A stretch of DNA of 47,531 bases from Planctomycetota bacterium (GTDB lineage: Bacteria; Planctomycetota; UBA1135), in NCBI GenBank assembly GCA_045047305.1, contig JASFYO010000001.1, forward strand, positions 1 through 47,531, written 5' to 3'. The position numbers and the translations under genes are program-made. The notes beneath the pieces were generated by a model. It searched no databases and had not been told where the DNA came from. It saw only the letters and a program-made list of their open reading frames with translations. Each line of letters starts with the position of its first letter. The stretch's first letter is position 1. Below are positions 18,186 to 30,964 of the stretch, in pieces.

Positions 18186-20508
18186 TGGACTTGGACCCCG
18201 CCTTTGTCACGGTCAAAGGTTTGGCTTCCACCTGGCCTAGCATTCCCAGAAAAACCGATGGTAGCCTCAGGAGCGAGCACAGAGACGAAGAACAAAGTCC
18301 TATTAAAACTCAGGAAATTCCCAGTATTTGCCAAAAACCATCTGTCGGGGAGATTTGTAGTGCTGGTATCGTACGGGGGGGCATCCATTGTGCTTTCAGA
18401 AAACCGAACATCAATTGGACTTGCACCTGCTTGAATCGCCCGAATACCTCCAGTGCCAATTTTATCATCTACAAGTGCACCACTATCCAGGTCCCTTTCC
18501 ATAAGAGCATTCACCACCGGGCCAAAATTGTCGCCAGATCCTAGTGCATCTCGGTCAAATATAGAGGAAAGAAACTTGGTACCGTTGACAATCGGGGCCA
18601 GAGGAGTCCCTTCAACCCATTCGTAGTTTCCCTGAGACACGCCCGCATTATTCAGATCATCAATCTCAACGCTGAAGTCATTGCTAATGTCTCCATTTCC
18701 AACCAACGTGGAGTGAATGATCGGAAAATATAGGGAAGGCATCTGGGCAAACTGGTTTGGGGATTCAGGGTCCAAATCTGCTCGGTACCCACCTCCTGGA
18801 TTACTCCATATATAGCAATTCACCAATCGGTTGCTGACAGAATTCTCCACGTTTCCTTTACCACTGATGCTAGCGTGCACGCCAATCTCGGTATTGTCAT
18901 AGATCTGTGAATTACTGATATATCCTTGCCCAATTGGAATCGTACCAAACATAGGTTCATCCCCTTCTGCAATCAAACTCAGGGCACCTCCACTGGTGCC
19001 AAATTTATTCCAGGTACCGCCTACAACCGCAGACTGGGCCGGTTTGGTAAGTGAGTCACCAATCAAGGGATTGTAGTTTCGAAGTTCAATCCCATTCGCC
19101 GAGTTGCTATTAAACTGACTACGATCGAGCCCAACAAAGGTACCCGTGTCATAGATGTTGCCTGAAAGGGTTGACGCCTGACAAAAAGCAAATAATCCAT
19201 GTCCAAGATTCCTGGTGCTGCGAAGTTTGAAGGACTGAACTCCCATGTAGGATTCATAAGATTCCAAATAAACTCCGCTAAATCGATATGGTCGAGCACC
19301 GACTGCGCCTGTAAATCCTGAATCAGTAACTGTAGTCCCATTAATATTCAATAGCCCGCGGGTAAAGAGAGTCGTAAATCCAAGGATGCCTCCTTCTCGA
19401 AAGTCATCAATCGTGCATCCAGAAATGGTCACGTCGAAACCCGCGTAATAATCAGTAAACACCGTTACAGGGCCGTGAGAATAGCAATGAACTGCCCAAT
19501 CCCAGCCTGTCCCAGTGTCCCCACCACCAAAAGCCCGGCCGTCCAACTCACAACCATTAATTCGAACTGTCGCAAACGGGAAAGCTGGAGTTGAAGTAGA
19601 GCCATGCTCCTTATTTCCTGGCGAGGCGCCAATTTCAATCAGGCGAGTGCTCGCTGGCCCAGTGCTGTTGTCCTCAAGGTAAGATGATCCGGCCGGCCCG
19701 AGGGCAAACGGAATCGTGCTCGCCATAGAGCCAAACGCAGTTGCAGTCGGACCGACAACACTCAACGAATTAATGTCAGCAACGATGACTGCATTTGACG
19801 CGCTAGTTAGACCATTTTGCTCCTCTGCGTGAATTCGGATTCCAACACTTTGGCTAGCAAAAGTAGGCGTTGGGTTGGCCAATAGCCCTGGTCGCGCGAA
19901 GTCAGCAATTCGGCATGTATTGATCGCAACAACCATAGAAGTATTCGCACCAGCAGAAATCGCTGAAAGGCCAATGCCATTAGAGTCGAAATACAGGCTG
20001 TTGACTTCGACATTCCGAAGAGCTCCAGTGCCCTCTGCATCTAATTCTAATCCAATAGGAGCCCCTACAAAAACGATATCAGATATCACCGTTAAATCAG
20101 GGCTCAAATCCGCGGCAAGATTGCTCATTTCCATCAGGGCTCCTGATGGCGCTGCCCCTTCTGCCACAATGACAACTCTTGGTCCATTTGGCCCGGCCGC
20201 TAAGGTCACTCCATCCCTTAAAACGATTGGGAAGGTTTCAGCACCTTGCACAGAAAAGAAAGGGACATTGCTATAGGCAACTTCTAATCCACTCCCTCCT
20301 GGGCCGTCATCAATCATGCCCTTCACAACGATAATGTCACCGGCCATAGCGAGAGTTGCAGCGGCAGAAATGCTTCTCACCAGCGTCGCCCCTGCGGGCA
20401 CTGCAGGTGTAGCGTTCTGGCCGTCTACATAGAAGTCAACGCCTGATTGGGGGGGGGGGCATTGTTGAAGCTTGCCGCGACAAGAAGAAGAATGGACATG
20501 ATGCTCAT
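18182..20508 (-). CDS. DUF1565-like / right-handed beta-helix secreted protein, 5' frameshift in a C11 tract (cassette 1, gene 1)
   Basis: ETFPIVLRDGVTL DUF1565-like motif, Asn/Gly-rich beta-helix repeats, C-terminal DRDKGGVQVQ. Hydrophobic leader MSIMSILLLVAASFNNAP (ATG 20508) joins the body only with 9 or 12 C; the ORF-track ATG 20512 is in frame but has no signal peptide. Confidence 0.72.
20449..20459. repeat. G11/C11 homopolymer tract inside the 5' coding region
   Basis: Eleven consecutive G on the + strand at the leader/mature junction. Confidence 0.9.
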
Positions 20509-20571
20509 GCATTCAACATTACCTCCGAAATACCTATTTAAGAAAGAAATAATCGAATAAATATGGGCCGA

Positions 20572-21369
20572 CTAATCCTTCCCTAACTTCGCAGCGCTCT
20601 CGGCCGCTTCTTGCACACCGCGGGCAAGCACACTGCGTAGACCACCATCTTCTAAACGCAACAGTGCGGAGATGGTACAGCCGGCGGGAGTGGTGACGGC
20701 ATCGCGAAGTTGGGCTGGATGTTCGCCCGACTCTTCGACCATGCATGCAGCACCCTTGGTAGCGTGAGTGGCAAGCTTGAGCGCGACGTCGCGGGGGAGA
20801 CCGGCCATGACGCCGCCGTCGGTTAGGGCTTCGATCACGAGAAAGAGAAATGCTGGGCCGCTGGCTGAAAGACCGGTGACGGCATCCATGTGCTCTTCAT
20901 CGAGGGTTAACACTTCGCCGAATGCGGAGAAGATTTGCTCTACGCGATTCACCTGCGCGGTAGTTGCGGTTGGACCACCACTAAGTACGGTCATGCCTGC
21001 GCCGATTTTGCACGGTGTGTTTGGCATCGCGCGCACCAGAGGTTGGCCTTCTGGAAGGTGCAGCGCAAGTTTTGCTAAGGACATGCCGGCCGCAATGGAA
21101 ACTGCGATGGCGTCTGATGGCATCGCGGAACCGATGGCATCGAAGACGCCGAGCACTTTATGCGGTTTGAGGCAGAAAACGATCACGCTGGCATGGGCTA
21201 CGACAGCTGTGGGATCGGCCGAAGCTGCAATACCGAGTTCTGCGCTCACCGCGGAAGCAGATTCCTCGGTGCGGGTGCCAAACATGACGTCGACCGCGGC
21301 ATCCTTACGCCGCAAACCAGCGGCCAGTGCACGGCCCATCACCCCAGCTCCAAAAATGGCAATCTTCAT
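20572..21369 (-). CDS. proC: Pyrroline-5-carboxylate reductase
   Basis: GAGVMG, SIAAG, VRAMPNTP, TGLSASGPAF, LRDAVTTPAGCT. Confidence 0.95.
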   Translation of the reverse strand: MKIAIFGAGVMGRALAAGLRRKDAAVDVMFGTRTEESASAVSAELGIAASADPTAVVAHASVIVFCLKPHKVLGVFDAIGSAMPSDAIAVSIAAGMSLAKLALHLPEGQPLVRAMPNTPCKIGAGMTVLSGGPTATTAQVNRVEQIFSAFGEVLTLDEEHMDAVTGLSASGPAFLFLVIEALTDGGVMAGLPRDVALKLATHATKGAACMVEESGEHPAQLRDAVTTPAGCTISALLRLEDGGLRSVLARGVQEAAESAAKLGKD

Positions 21370-21378
21370 GTGCGTAGT

Positions 21379-23807
<2,429 letters not shown>

Positions 23808-23830
23808 GGGTATAGGATATCGGGGCGGGG

Positions 23831-24346
23831 CTAGGGAGTCGTAGCCTTCTTTTTGCGTTTCGGCCGACGCTTCAACATGGCCGCCAGGGCCTCCGGCTGA
23901 TGCGAGTTCAACCACACCGCCTGACCGTTTTCCAACTCCAATACCAAACCAGCGCCTGGATCGGTAAAGAACACCTGCACCCCGGGTGAGCGCTGAATGC
24001 TCCAACCGTTGCTTCCAATCCCCCACGGATAACTCATGTGAGTCGCCGCCCCTTTAATTTCCTCTAAAGGGATCTTTTTTGCTGGGAACGGAGCCATGCG
24101 TAAGGACAGGACGTTGTTCTCAAAACGCACGGTGAAACGAGTTGCAAACAACCACCACTGAAACACCAACAAAACGCCGGCAGTGGTGGCAGCGGCCCAC
24201 CACGGCATCCAGCCGAAGGCTGCAATCAGCAGCGCCACGACACAAACACCCAAACTGCCCCAACGAAAGCGCCGGACCAGTAAAGGTGAAGGCCGACGTT
24301 CTTCTGTAAAGGTCGTCGGCCTCGCGGAGGGTTTTGCCCCACTCAT
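23831..24346 (-). CDS. Membrane protein, two TM helices plus bacterial PH-like domain
   Basis: Start ATG 24346; FTEERR, 2 TM, IPLEEI...WGIGSNGWSI...GLVLELENG...SHQPEAL. Confidence 0.65.
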   Translation of the reverse strand: MSGAKPSARPTTFTEERRPSPLLVRRFRWGSLGVCVVALLIAAFGWMPWWAAATTAGVLLVFQWWLFATRFTVRFENNVLSLRMAPFPAKKIPLEEIKGAATHMSYPWGIGSNGWSIQRSPGVQVFFTDPGAGLVLELENGQAVWLNSHQPEALAAMLKRRPKRKKKATTP

Positions 24347-24410
24347 GGGGGCAGATTGTAGAAGAAGCCCCAAGGAAATCAGGGCTTCTATGAGATTTGG
24401 CTGATTAGAA

Positions 24411-24827
24411 TCAGGAAACTGCTTCGGCCGCCGGCGCCACCGGTGCATATCCGGCAAAGGGAACCCGATTCTGCACCCGACGAATGCCAGTCACGGGATC
24501 CTCACGCTCCTCCGGCTGTACCTGAACCATGGCCTCAAGGCCTTCCAGCTCAGCCAGATTCAGCTCCAACTCCCCAGAGGTGTTCAGCCCCAGGATTTGG
24601 AGCACGAATTTCACCCGTGGCAGCCCGCGCTCGGACCAATGCAGTGAATCCCAGCAGGCCGTCCGCCCCTGGAACTCCCCTTGCGTGATCTCCCAACGGA
24701 TGCCCCAGCGTGTATGTCCCGCAGGACTCTCGCTTTCACGGACTTCGGCTGCTTTACAGTGGTATTCGCCGGTTGGAACCGAGCGGATGTCTTCAATGTC
24801 TTCGATTTGAGAAAGGTCGATTTTCAT
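24411..24827 (-). CDS. DUF669-like protein (phage-type ssDNA-binding fold)
   Basis: IDLSQIED...VPTGEY..KAAEV.ES.S.AG......WEIT.GEFQGR...D.L pattern typical of DUF669. Confidence 0.65.
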   Translation of the reverse strand: MKIDLSQIEDIEDIRSVPTGEYHCKAAEVRESESPAGHTRWGIRWEITQGEFQGRTACWDSLHWSERGLPRVKFVLQILGLNTSGELELNLAELEGLEAMVQVQPEEREDPVTGIRRVQNRVPFAGYAPVAPAAEAVS

Positions 24828-24966
24828 GGTTTAAGTACCTCGCCACTGATGACGTCTTCCTCAACCCAACGACACGCCAAAATCTCCTTTCCCTCCGATT
24901 TGCCCAATTGCTCCGGTTTCGCCAAAATCAGAGTTCCGCGCTCCGGTGGACACCACCCCAGCCTGC

Positions 24967-26550
24967 ATGAAACTTCAACGCCTCTTCTACCTCTTCGCTT
25001 CCCTCACACTTTTCGCGACGCGCGGTTTTGCCCAAGAGGGCGAGGCAGCAGCGACAGAAGGAGGCGCTTTTGATTTCATCGATGCGGGCGCAGGACACTT
25101 AGTCGACTGGCTGGGTTTCGTTTTCTTCGCCCCCCTAACGATTCCATTTACCGATGGCGAGACGGTGCCGTTGGTGGTGCTTTGGTTAGTCGTTGGAGCC
25201 ATGTTCTTCACCGTGCGGATGCGCTTCATCAACCTGCGCGGTTTCCGTCACGCCATCGATGTCACCCGTGGTAAGTACACCGACCCCAATGCACATGCCG
25301 ACGGCGAGGTCACCCACTTCCAAGCACTTGCATCCGCACTCTCCGCCACTGTCGGCCTCGGCAACATTGCAGGTGTTGCGATTGCAGTCGCCATGGGTGG
25401 TCCAGGCGCAATCTTCTGGATGGTGCTCGCCGGCTTCCTGGGTATGTCCTCCAAGTTTGTGGAATGTACGCTCGGTCAAAAATACCGCGAGGTGCGCCCG
25501 AACGGCCAAGTCATGGGTGGAGCGATGTACTACCTCTCCAAAGGCTTGAAGGAGAAAGGCATGGGTGGGCTCGGCAAGGTTTTAGCAACCATGTTTGCCA
25601 TCCTGTGTATCGGTGGCTCCCTCGGCGGTGGCAACACCTTCCAGGTCAATCAGTCGCTCAACGCGATTAAGGAAACGATTCCGTTCCTTGATGGCCACGA
25701 ATGGGTCTTCGGCGCCATCATGACTGTACTCGTCGGTATCGTGATTATTGGCGGTATCAAGCGGATTGCGAGTACCGCAGAGAAAATCGTTCCTTCGATG
25801 TGCGGCATTTACGTGGCTGCCTGTTTGTACATCCTTGGTTCGCACTCCAGCGAGATTGGCGCTGCCTTCAGCCTGATTTGGAATAACGCCATGAACCTCG
25901 ATGCTGGCATTGGTGGCTTTATTGGAGTACTGATCCTCGGATTCAAGCGCGCCGCTTTCAGTAACGAAGCGGGTGTGGGTTCGGCTGCGATTGCGCACTC
26001 GGCTGCAAAGACTGAGTACCCAGTACGCGAAGGTGTGGTGGCCCTACTTGAGCCGTTCATCGACACCATTGTGGTCTGCACCATGACTGGCTTGGTCATT
26101 GTCATCACTGGCGCTTATGACCCAAACACTCTGGTCGATGGCGAGGCCGTGTTCGCGCCGTACCTCACCGATCTCGCCAATGCAAACGGCGCCGGACTCA
26201 CCTCCCAAGCCTTTGGCAGTGTAGTTTGGTGGTTCCCGTACGTGCTGAGCGCCGCGGTTGCCTTGTTCGCATTCTCCACCATGATTTCGTGGTCCTACTA
26301 CGGTGAACGATGCTGGGCTTACCTCTTCGGTGACAATGCCTCGATGAGCTACAAAGTTTTGTTCCTCACCTTCACCTTCTTAGGTTCGATCATTAACTCG
26401 CAGAACGTTCTCGAATTCGGTGACTTGATGATCCTTGGCATGGCCTTCCCCAACGTGCTTGGTGTTGCCATCTTGAGTGGCGGTGTAAGCCAAGACTTAA
26501 AGGTTTACTGGACCAAGTTGAAGGCGGGCGAGTTCGCAACCTTCAAGTAG
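24967..26550 (+). CDS. Alanine/glycine:cation symporter (AgcS/AlsT family)
   Basis: FQALASALSATVGLGNIAGVA, GGPGAIFWM, RAAFSNEAGVGSA, FSTMISWSYYGE; start ATG 24967. Confidence 0.94.
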   Translation: MKLQRLFYLFASLTLFATRGFAQEGEAAATEGGAFDFIDAGAGHLVDWLGFVFFAPLTIPFTDGETVPLVVLWLVVGAMFFTVRMRFINLRGFRHAIDVTRGKYTDPNAHADGEVTHFQALASALSATVGLGNIAGVAIAVAMGGPGAIFWMVLAGFLGMSSKFVECTLGQKYREVRPNGQVMGGAMYYLSKGLKEKGMGGLGKVLATMFAILCIGGSLGGGNTFQVNQSLNAIKETIPFLDGHEWVFGAIMTVLVGIVIIGGIKRIASTAEKIVPSMCGIYVAACLYILGSHSSEIGAAFSLIWNNAMNLDAGIGGFIGVLILGFKRAAFSNEAGVGSAAIAHSAAKTEYPVREGVVALLEPFIDTIVVCTMTGLVIVITGAYDPNTLVDGEAVFAPYLTDLANANGAGLTSQAFGSVVWWFPYVLSAAVALFAFSTMISWSYYGERCWAYLFGDNASMSYKVLFLTFTFLGSIINSQNVLEFGDLMILGMAFPNVLGVAILSGGVSQDLKVYWTKLKAGEFATFK

Positions 26551-26620
26551 TTCTGATTGGTTCTTGAAATAGCAGCACTTCAAAACGTACAACAGGGTCT
26601 GGCTTTTTGCCGCCCCCCCA

Positions 26621-26851
26621 TTGACGCTAGAAGTGCTGCCGAACTCCATAGTCTTGCTCGCAATCCTGTCCGCCACCGATCCGGCATCAGGAATGCTCAG
26701 TGCAACTGCAGCCGGAAGCAACCCACAGGTCGAGCTGAATCCTTTCGGCACCCTGATTACGGTGATTGCGTGGACGACGCTCGTCGGCATCAACCTCTGG
26801 TGCTTCCGCAAAGCGTTGATGCATAAGCCTGAAAAGGATTCGATGGCCTAA
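26621..26851 (+). CDS. Small single-pass membrane protein (start uncertain, possibly ATG 26693)
   Basis: One TM (FGTLITVIAWTTLVGINLWCF) followed by a basic tail, downstream of the symporter. Confidence 0.4.
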   Translation: MTLEVLPNSIVLLAILSATDPASGMLSATAAGSNPQVELNPFGTLITVIAWTTLVGINLWCFRKALMHKPEKDSMA

Positions 26852-26986
26852 TCCCGGCCCCGGACGGCCCTCAATTCGTCGTCTCTACCCGCTCAGCACG
26901 CTCTGAGCAAAAAATGCTCTGTTTTTCCTGAAGTCAACGCCTTAACGGCCGCGAATGGATGGCTTGAAACCCCATCAAGGAAATCC

Positions 26987-27340
26987 ATGAGCCAATCCCC
27001 ACCGTTAGATTCCGCCCGCGTCGACGAACTCGCAGAACTTTTTGGAGACAAAGAGATCCTGCTGGAGATTTACGACGAATTCCTCCAGGAATGCCCTACC
27101 CGCATTGAAGTGATGCGCGAAGGCATCGCCAAGCATCAGGCAGAGCTGCTCGACAGTGGCGCCCATGCAATTAAGGGTTCCAGCGCGAACCTCGGCGCTC
27201 AAGGTATCCAGGAGATGGCCACGCACTTAGAAGGTCTGGCACGCGCCAACGATTTAGATGACGCTGGTCAGTTCCTCGATCGTCTGGAGAGTGAGATTGA
27301 GCGGCTTCAGGCGCACCTGAAGGATGTCGGCTTAGATTAA
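26987..27340 (+). CDS. Stand-alone Hpt (histidine phosphotransfer) protein
   Basis: AHAIKGSSANLGA motif; AAGGA SD. Confidence 0.9.
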   Translation: MSQSPPLDSARVDELAELFGDKEILLEIYDEFLQECPTRIEVMREGIAKHQAELLDSGAHAIKGSSANLGAQGIQEMATHLEGLARANDLDDAGQFLDRLESEIERLQAHLKDVGLD

Positions 27341-27374
27341 ATCGCCCCCGGCATTGCCGGTTGTCGGTTGCAGA

Positions 27375-28511
27375 TTACTGCGCTGCACCGACCTGAGCGT
27401 AAAACTCAGCCACCGCGGAAACGAGTTCTTCGCGCTGTGCAGGGGTCACTCCAGGGTAAATCGGCAGCGCGAGCACATGCTCGGTGGCGGTTTCCGAGTG
27501 CGGGAGATCTCCTAACTGGCCACCGAGATCCGCAAAACAGGGCTGCAGGTGCAAAGCCAAGGGGTAGTACACCGCGCAACCAATTTCGCGTGCGTGGAGG
27601 AAATCCTTGAGCGCATCGCGTTGCTCGGCACGGATCACAAACTGATGATACGCATGGCCTGGGAGGTCTTCTGGCGTGGTGATGGAGACGCTGAGTCCTG
27701 CAGCAGCAAACAGTGCGCAGTAATGCTCTGCTCCCACGCGCCGCGCAGCGTTGAACTCGACCAGACGTGGAAGTAACTCCAAAATGCCTGCAGCAACAAG
27801 GCTGTCCATGCGGAAGTTGTAGCCCACTTCATCGTGATAATACTGACGTCCGCCACCATGCTCTCGGAGCCGACGCATACGGTCCGCAACATCCCTGTCC
27901 ATGCTGGTTGCGAAGCCCGCATCGCCAGGAGCGCCGAGGTTTTTGGTCGGGAACAAACTCCACCCCGAGGCAATGCCCATGCCTCCTACAAGTCCAGCAG
28001 GGTGTGCAGCGCCAACAGCTTGGGCGGCATCCTCCACCACGGGGATGGGGCGGCCAGCTGCTGCTTCCAGGGAAGCTGCAAGAGCAGGGATATCCACCGG
28101 GCGGCCATATAGGTGTACCGCCATACAGGCCTTAGTTTTGGCCGTGACCTTGGAGGCGGCATCCGCGGCATCGATGAGGAAGGTGTCAGGGTCCATATCG
28201 ACGAATACTGGAGTGGCACCACACCGCGAAATCGCACCGGCCGAGGCGAAAAAGGTGAAGGCTGGAACCAGGACTTCGTCTCCAGGGCCGATATCGGCGG
28301 CACGCAGGGCGAGTACGAGGGCATCGGAGCCATTCGAGCAGCACACCACTTCCGGCACGCCAAGGAAATCCGCCAGTGCGGCCTCTAGCTCACGCACCTC
28401 GGGGCCGTTGACAAAACCGCCATGCTCTAGAACCCTCTGCCAGCGCAGGAGAAGGGCTTTTTGCGCGGAATCGTTGTAGCTATGGTGAATTCGGAAGAAA
28501 GGGACGGCCAT
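27375..28511 (-). CDS. DegT/DnrJ/EryC1/StrS PLP-dependent aminotransferase
   Basis: CSNGSDAL, VPAFTFFAS, VHLYG, VEDAAQA, SLFPTKNLGAPGDAG, GYNFRMD. Confidence 0.94.
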   Translation of the reverse strand: MAVPFFRIHHSYNDSAQKALLLRWQRVLEHGGFVNGPEVRELEAALADFLGVPEVVCCSNGSDALVLALRAADIGPGDEVLVPAFTFFASAGAISRCGATPVFVDMDPDTFLIDAADAASKVTAKTKACMAVHLYGRPVDIPALAASLEAAAGRPIPVVEDAAQAVGAAHPAGLVGGMGIASGWSLFPTKNLGAPGDAGFATSMDRDVADRMRRLREHGGGRQYYHDEVGYNFRMDSLVAAGILELLPRLVEFNAARRVGAEHYCALFAAAGLSVSITTPEDLPGHAYHQFVIRAEQRDALKDFLHAREIGCAVYYPLALHLQPCFADLGGQLGDLPHSETATEHVLALPIYPGVTPAQREELVSAVAEFYAQVGAAQ

Positions 28512-28723
28512 GGTGATGGATTTTAGCGCCGCTTCTCGCTTTCTATTGGGAAGAGTGCTTAAGTGCGGCCTCAGCCCGCTCTGGAAAAATCATCGCCGTT
28601 TTTTCCCTCAATCCCCGACAAAACCTAGAATCCCGCTGTGATTTCCCCCGTCTCCCCATCCGCTAAGGGTGCCTGGATGGTCATGTTCGATGACCAAGTC
28701 CCTCCATTGCATGCCAATCCCGC

Positions 28724-30964
28724 ATGACTTGGACCGTCCTCCTTGCCCTCGCTGCTGCACTGGCAGTCACTCTGGTTGCTCTTTTGGCACGCCGTCAGGA
28801 GCTTGCGCAAATGCACAACCGCCTTGAGGAACGCGGTGATGCCATCAACCGAGGGAGCCATAAGGCCAGATTGCAATATCCAAGCATCGATCTATCTAGA
28901 TGCATTGGCTGTGGAACCTGCGTGCAAGCTTGTCCCGAGGAAGGCGTTTTGGATCTCATTCATGGCCAGGCCTTGGTTATTCACGGAGCGCGCTGTGTAG
29001 GACATGGAAAGTGCGCCTCGGAATGCCCGGTGGGAGCGATTGCATTGACCCTCGGCGACCTATCGCAGCGCAAAGACATTCCAGTCCTGGAGGAGAATTT
29101 CGAATCGAGTGAAAGCCAAAACTTGTTCCTCGCAGGAGAAGTCACCGGTTTCGCTTTAATCCGTACTGCAATTGAACATGGCCGTTCGGTTGCTGCCGAA
29201 GTCGCGAAGCGGAAAAAGGAAGGGCGCCTAGCCCCCACGCAAGAGCATGGCGTGGATTTACTCATCATTGGCGCTGGCCCTGCTGGGTTAGCCTGCGCTC
29301 TTGAAGCCCGACGTCATGAGCTAAAGTTTCAGGTCATTGAACAGGATAGCTTGGGCGGAACGGTCGCCAAATATCCACGACGTAAATTGGTGATGACCCA
29401 ACCCGTCACCTTACCTTTGGCGGGTAAGTTCGAGCGCAGCACTTATGAAAAGGAAGAGCTGATGGAGCGCTGGGAAGCGATTGCCAAAGAATATGATTTG
29501 CCCATCGCGAATAACGTTCGCTATAAGGAAATCGTATCTACCGAACAGGGTTTATTCCGTGTCGACACCACCAACGGACCCTACGTTGCTTCTTCCGTTT
29601 GCCTTGCGCTTGGCCGACGTGGCACACCGCGCAAGCTCGGAGTCCCAGGAGAGGATCTAACTAAGGTTAGTTACAGTTTGATCGATGCCCAGTCCTATCA
29701 AGGTCAGAATATTCTGGTCGTGGGGGGTGGAGATAGTGCAGTGGAAGCCGCCATGGGACTTGCAGAACAGCCTGGCAATCAAGTGACCTTAAGTTATCGC
29801 GGTAGTGTCTTTAACCGCATTAAGGCGCGCAACGAAGCTCGATTGCGGCATTGCCAAACCACGGGGAAAATCAACGTCCTCCTGGGTAGCAACCTTACCT
29901 GCATCAGCGAAACCCAAGTCGAGCTCAGCATTGCCGATCCCACCGATGACAGCCTGGCGATGCGCACCTTGGCAAACGATGTTGTGTTTATTCTTGCTGG
30001 AGGGATTCCACCATTCAAACTCCTAGAACAAGCCGGAGTCTCTTTTCAACATAAGGAGCCCGATGCAGAGGACTTGGTGAAAGCCCGTGGAGTGGGCTTG
30101 GTTCCAGCCCTGGCTTTTGCACTTTTGTTCACGGTTGGCGCGCTACTTTGGTACCTCTACCATGCAGACTATTATGGTCTTGATGCAGCCGACCGACCTA
30201 GCCATATCCTGCATGACCAACTGCGTCCCTCGGGTGGGTTCGGCTTACTTGCCGGTGTAGCCGGAGCAGGATTGATTCTCTTAAACCTCAGCTACCTGGC
30301 GCGACGCTCGCAAAAAATCCCGTGGAGCTTTGGTTCCTTGCAAAAGTGGATGACCTCTCATGTTGCCACTGGCATCTTAACCTTAGTGGCCGCCATCCTT
30401 CATAGTGCCTTTGCTCCTCAAGACACCGTTGGTGGACACGCGCTTATTGGTCTTGGAGTTTTAGTCTGCACCGGAGCCATGGGGCGCTATCTCTACAGCT
30501 TCGTCCCCCACGCAGCCAATGGTCGCGAGTTGGAGCTTGAGGAAGTTCGTGCCGACCTCACCCAATTGTCCGCGGCATGGGATCGCGAGCATCGTAGTTT
30601 TGGCCAAGAAGTCCAACGTGAAATCGATTCCCTGATTCAGGCCGGACGCTGGACTGGAATTTTGCCACTGCGTATCCTTGCCTTGATGAAGCAGCAATGG
30701 CAACTTCGGCGCTCTCTGCGCGATTTACGCAAGCGCGGCAAGGCGGAAGATTTGCCGCCGGACCAACTTCAACGCATCTTGGTTCTGGCTAGAAAGGCTC
30801 ATTGGAACGCACTTCTTGCTACCAACTTCGAAGAGGTACGCAGTGTTCTTGCCGGCTGGCGCTACCTGCATAAGTGGGCGGCGCTGCTCATGGTTCTCTT
30901 GCTAGTCGTGCACGTTGTCACCGCCATGCGTTACGCCACTCTCCCTAACTGGCTTCAAATCTGA
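28724..30964 (+). CDS. Membrane-bound 2x[4Fe-4S] / FAD-NAD(P)H oxidoreductase fused to a di-heme b (ferric-reductase-like) membrane domain
   Basis: N-terminal TM; CIGCGTCVQACP and CVGHGKCASECP; IGAGPAG; VGGGDSA+SYR; about 5 C-terminal TM with two H-x13-H pairs. Confidence 0.85.
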   Translation: MTWTVLLALAAALAVTLVALLARRQELAQMHNRLEERGDAINRGSHKARLQYPSIDLSRCIGCGTCVQACPEEGVLDLIHGQALVIHGARCVGHGKCASECPVGAIALTLGDLSQRKDIPVLEENFESSESQNLFLAGEVTGFALIRTAIEHGRSVAAEVAKRKKEGRLAPTQEHGVDLLIIGAGPAGLACALEARRHELKFQVIEQDSLGGTVAKYPRRKLVMTQPVTLPLAGKFERSTYEKEELMERWEAIAKEYDLPIANNVRYKEIVSTEQGLFRVDTTNGPYVASSVCLALGRRGTPRKLGVPGEDLTKVSYSLIDAQSYQGQNILVVGGGDSAVEAAMGLAEQPGNQVTLSYRGSVFNRIKARNEARLRHCQTTGKINVLLGSNLTCISETQVELSIADPTDDSLAMRTLANDVVFILAGGIPPFKLLEQAGVSFQHKEPDAEDLVKARGVGLVPALAFALLFTVGALLWYLYHADYYGLDAADRPSHILHDQLRPSGGFGLLAGVAGAGLILLNLSYLARRSQKIPWSFGSLQKWMTSHVATGILTLVAAILHSAFAPQDTVGGHALIGLGVLVCTGAMGRYLYSFVPHAANGRELELEEVRADLTQLSAAWDREHRSFGQEVQREIDSLIQAGRWTGILPLRILALMKQQWQLRRSLRDLRKRGKAEDLPPDQLQRILVLARKAHWNALLATNFEEVRSVLAGWRYLHKWAALLMVLLLVVHVVTAMRYATLPNWLQI

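Noticed and set aside
23808..24026. Upstream extension of the 23424-24026 ORF
   Set aside because: Overlaps the membrane-protein gene in another frame; the CDA-like sequence begins at ATG 23807, which has its own -10-like box
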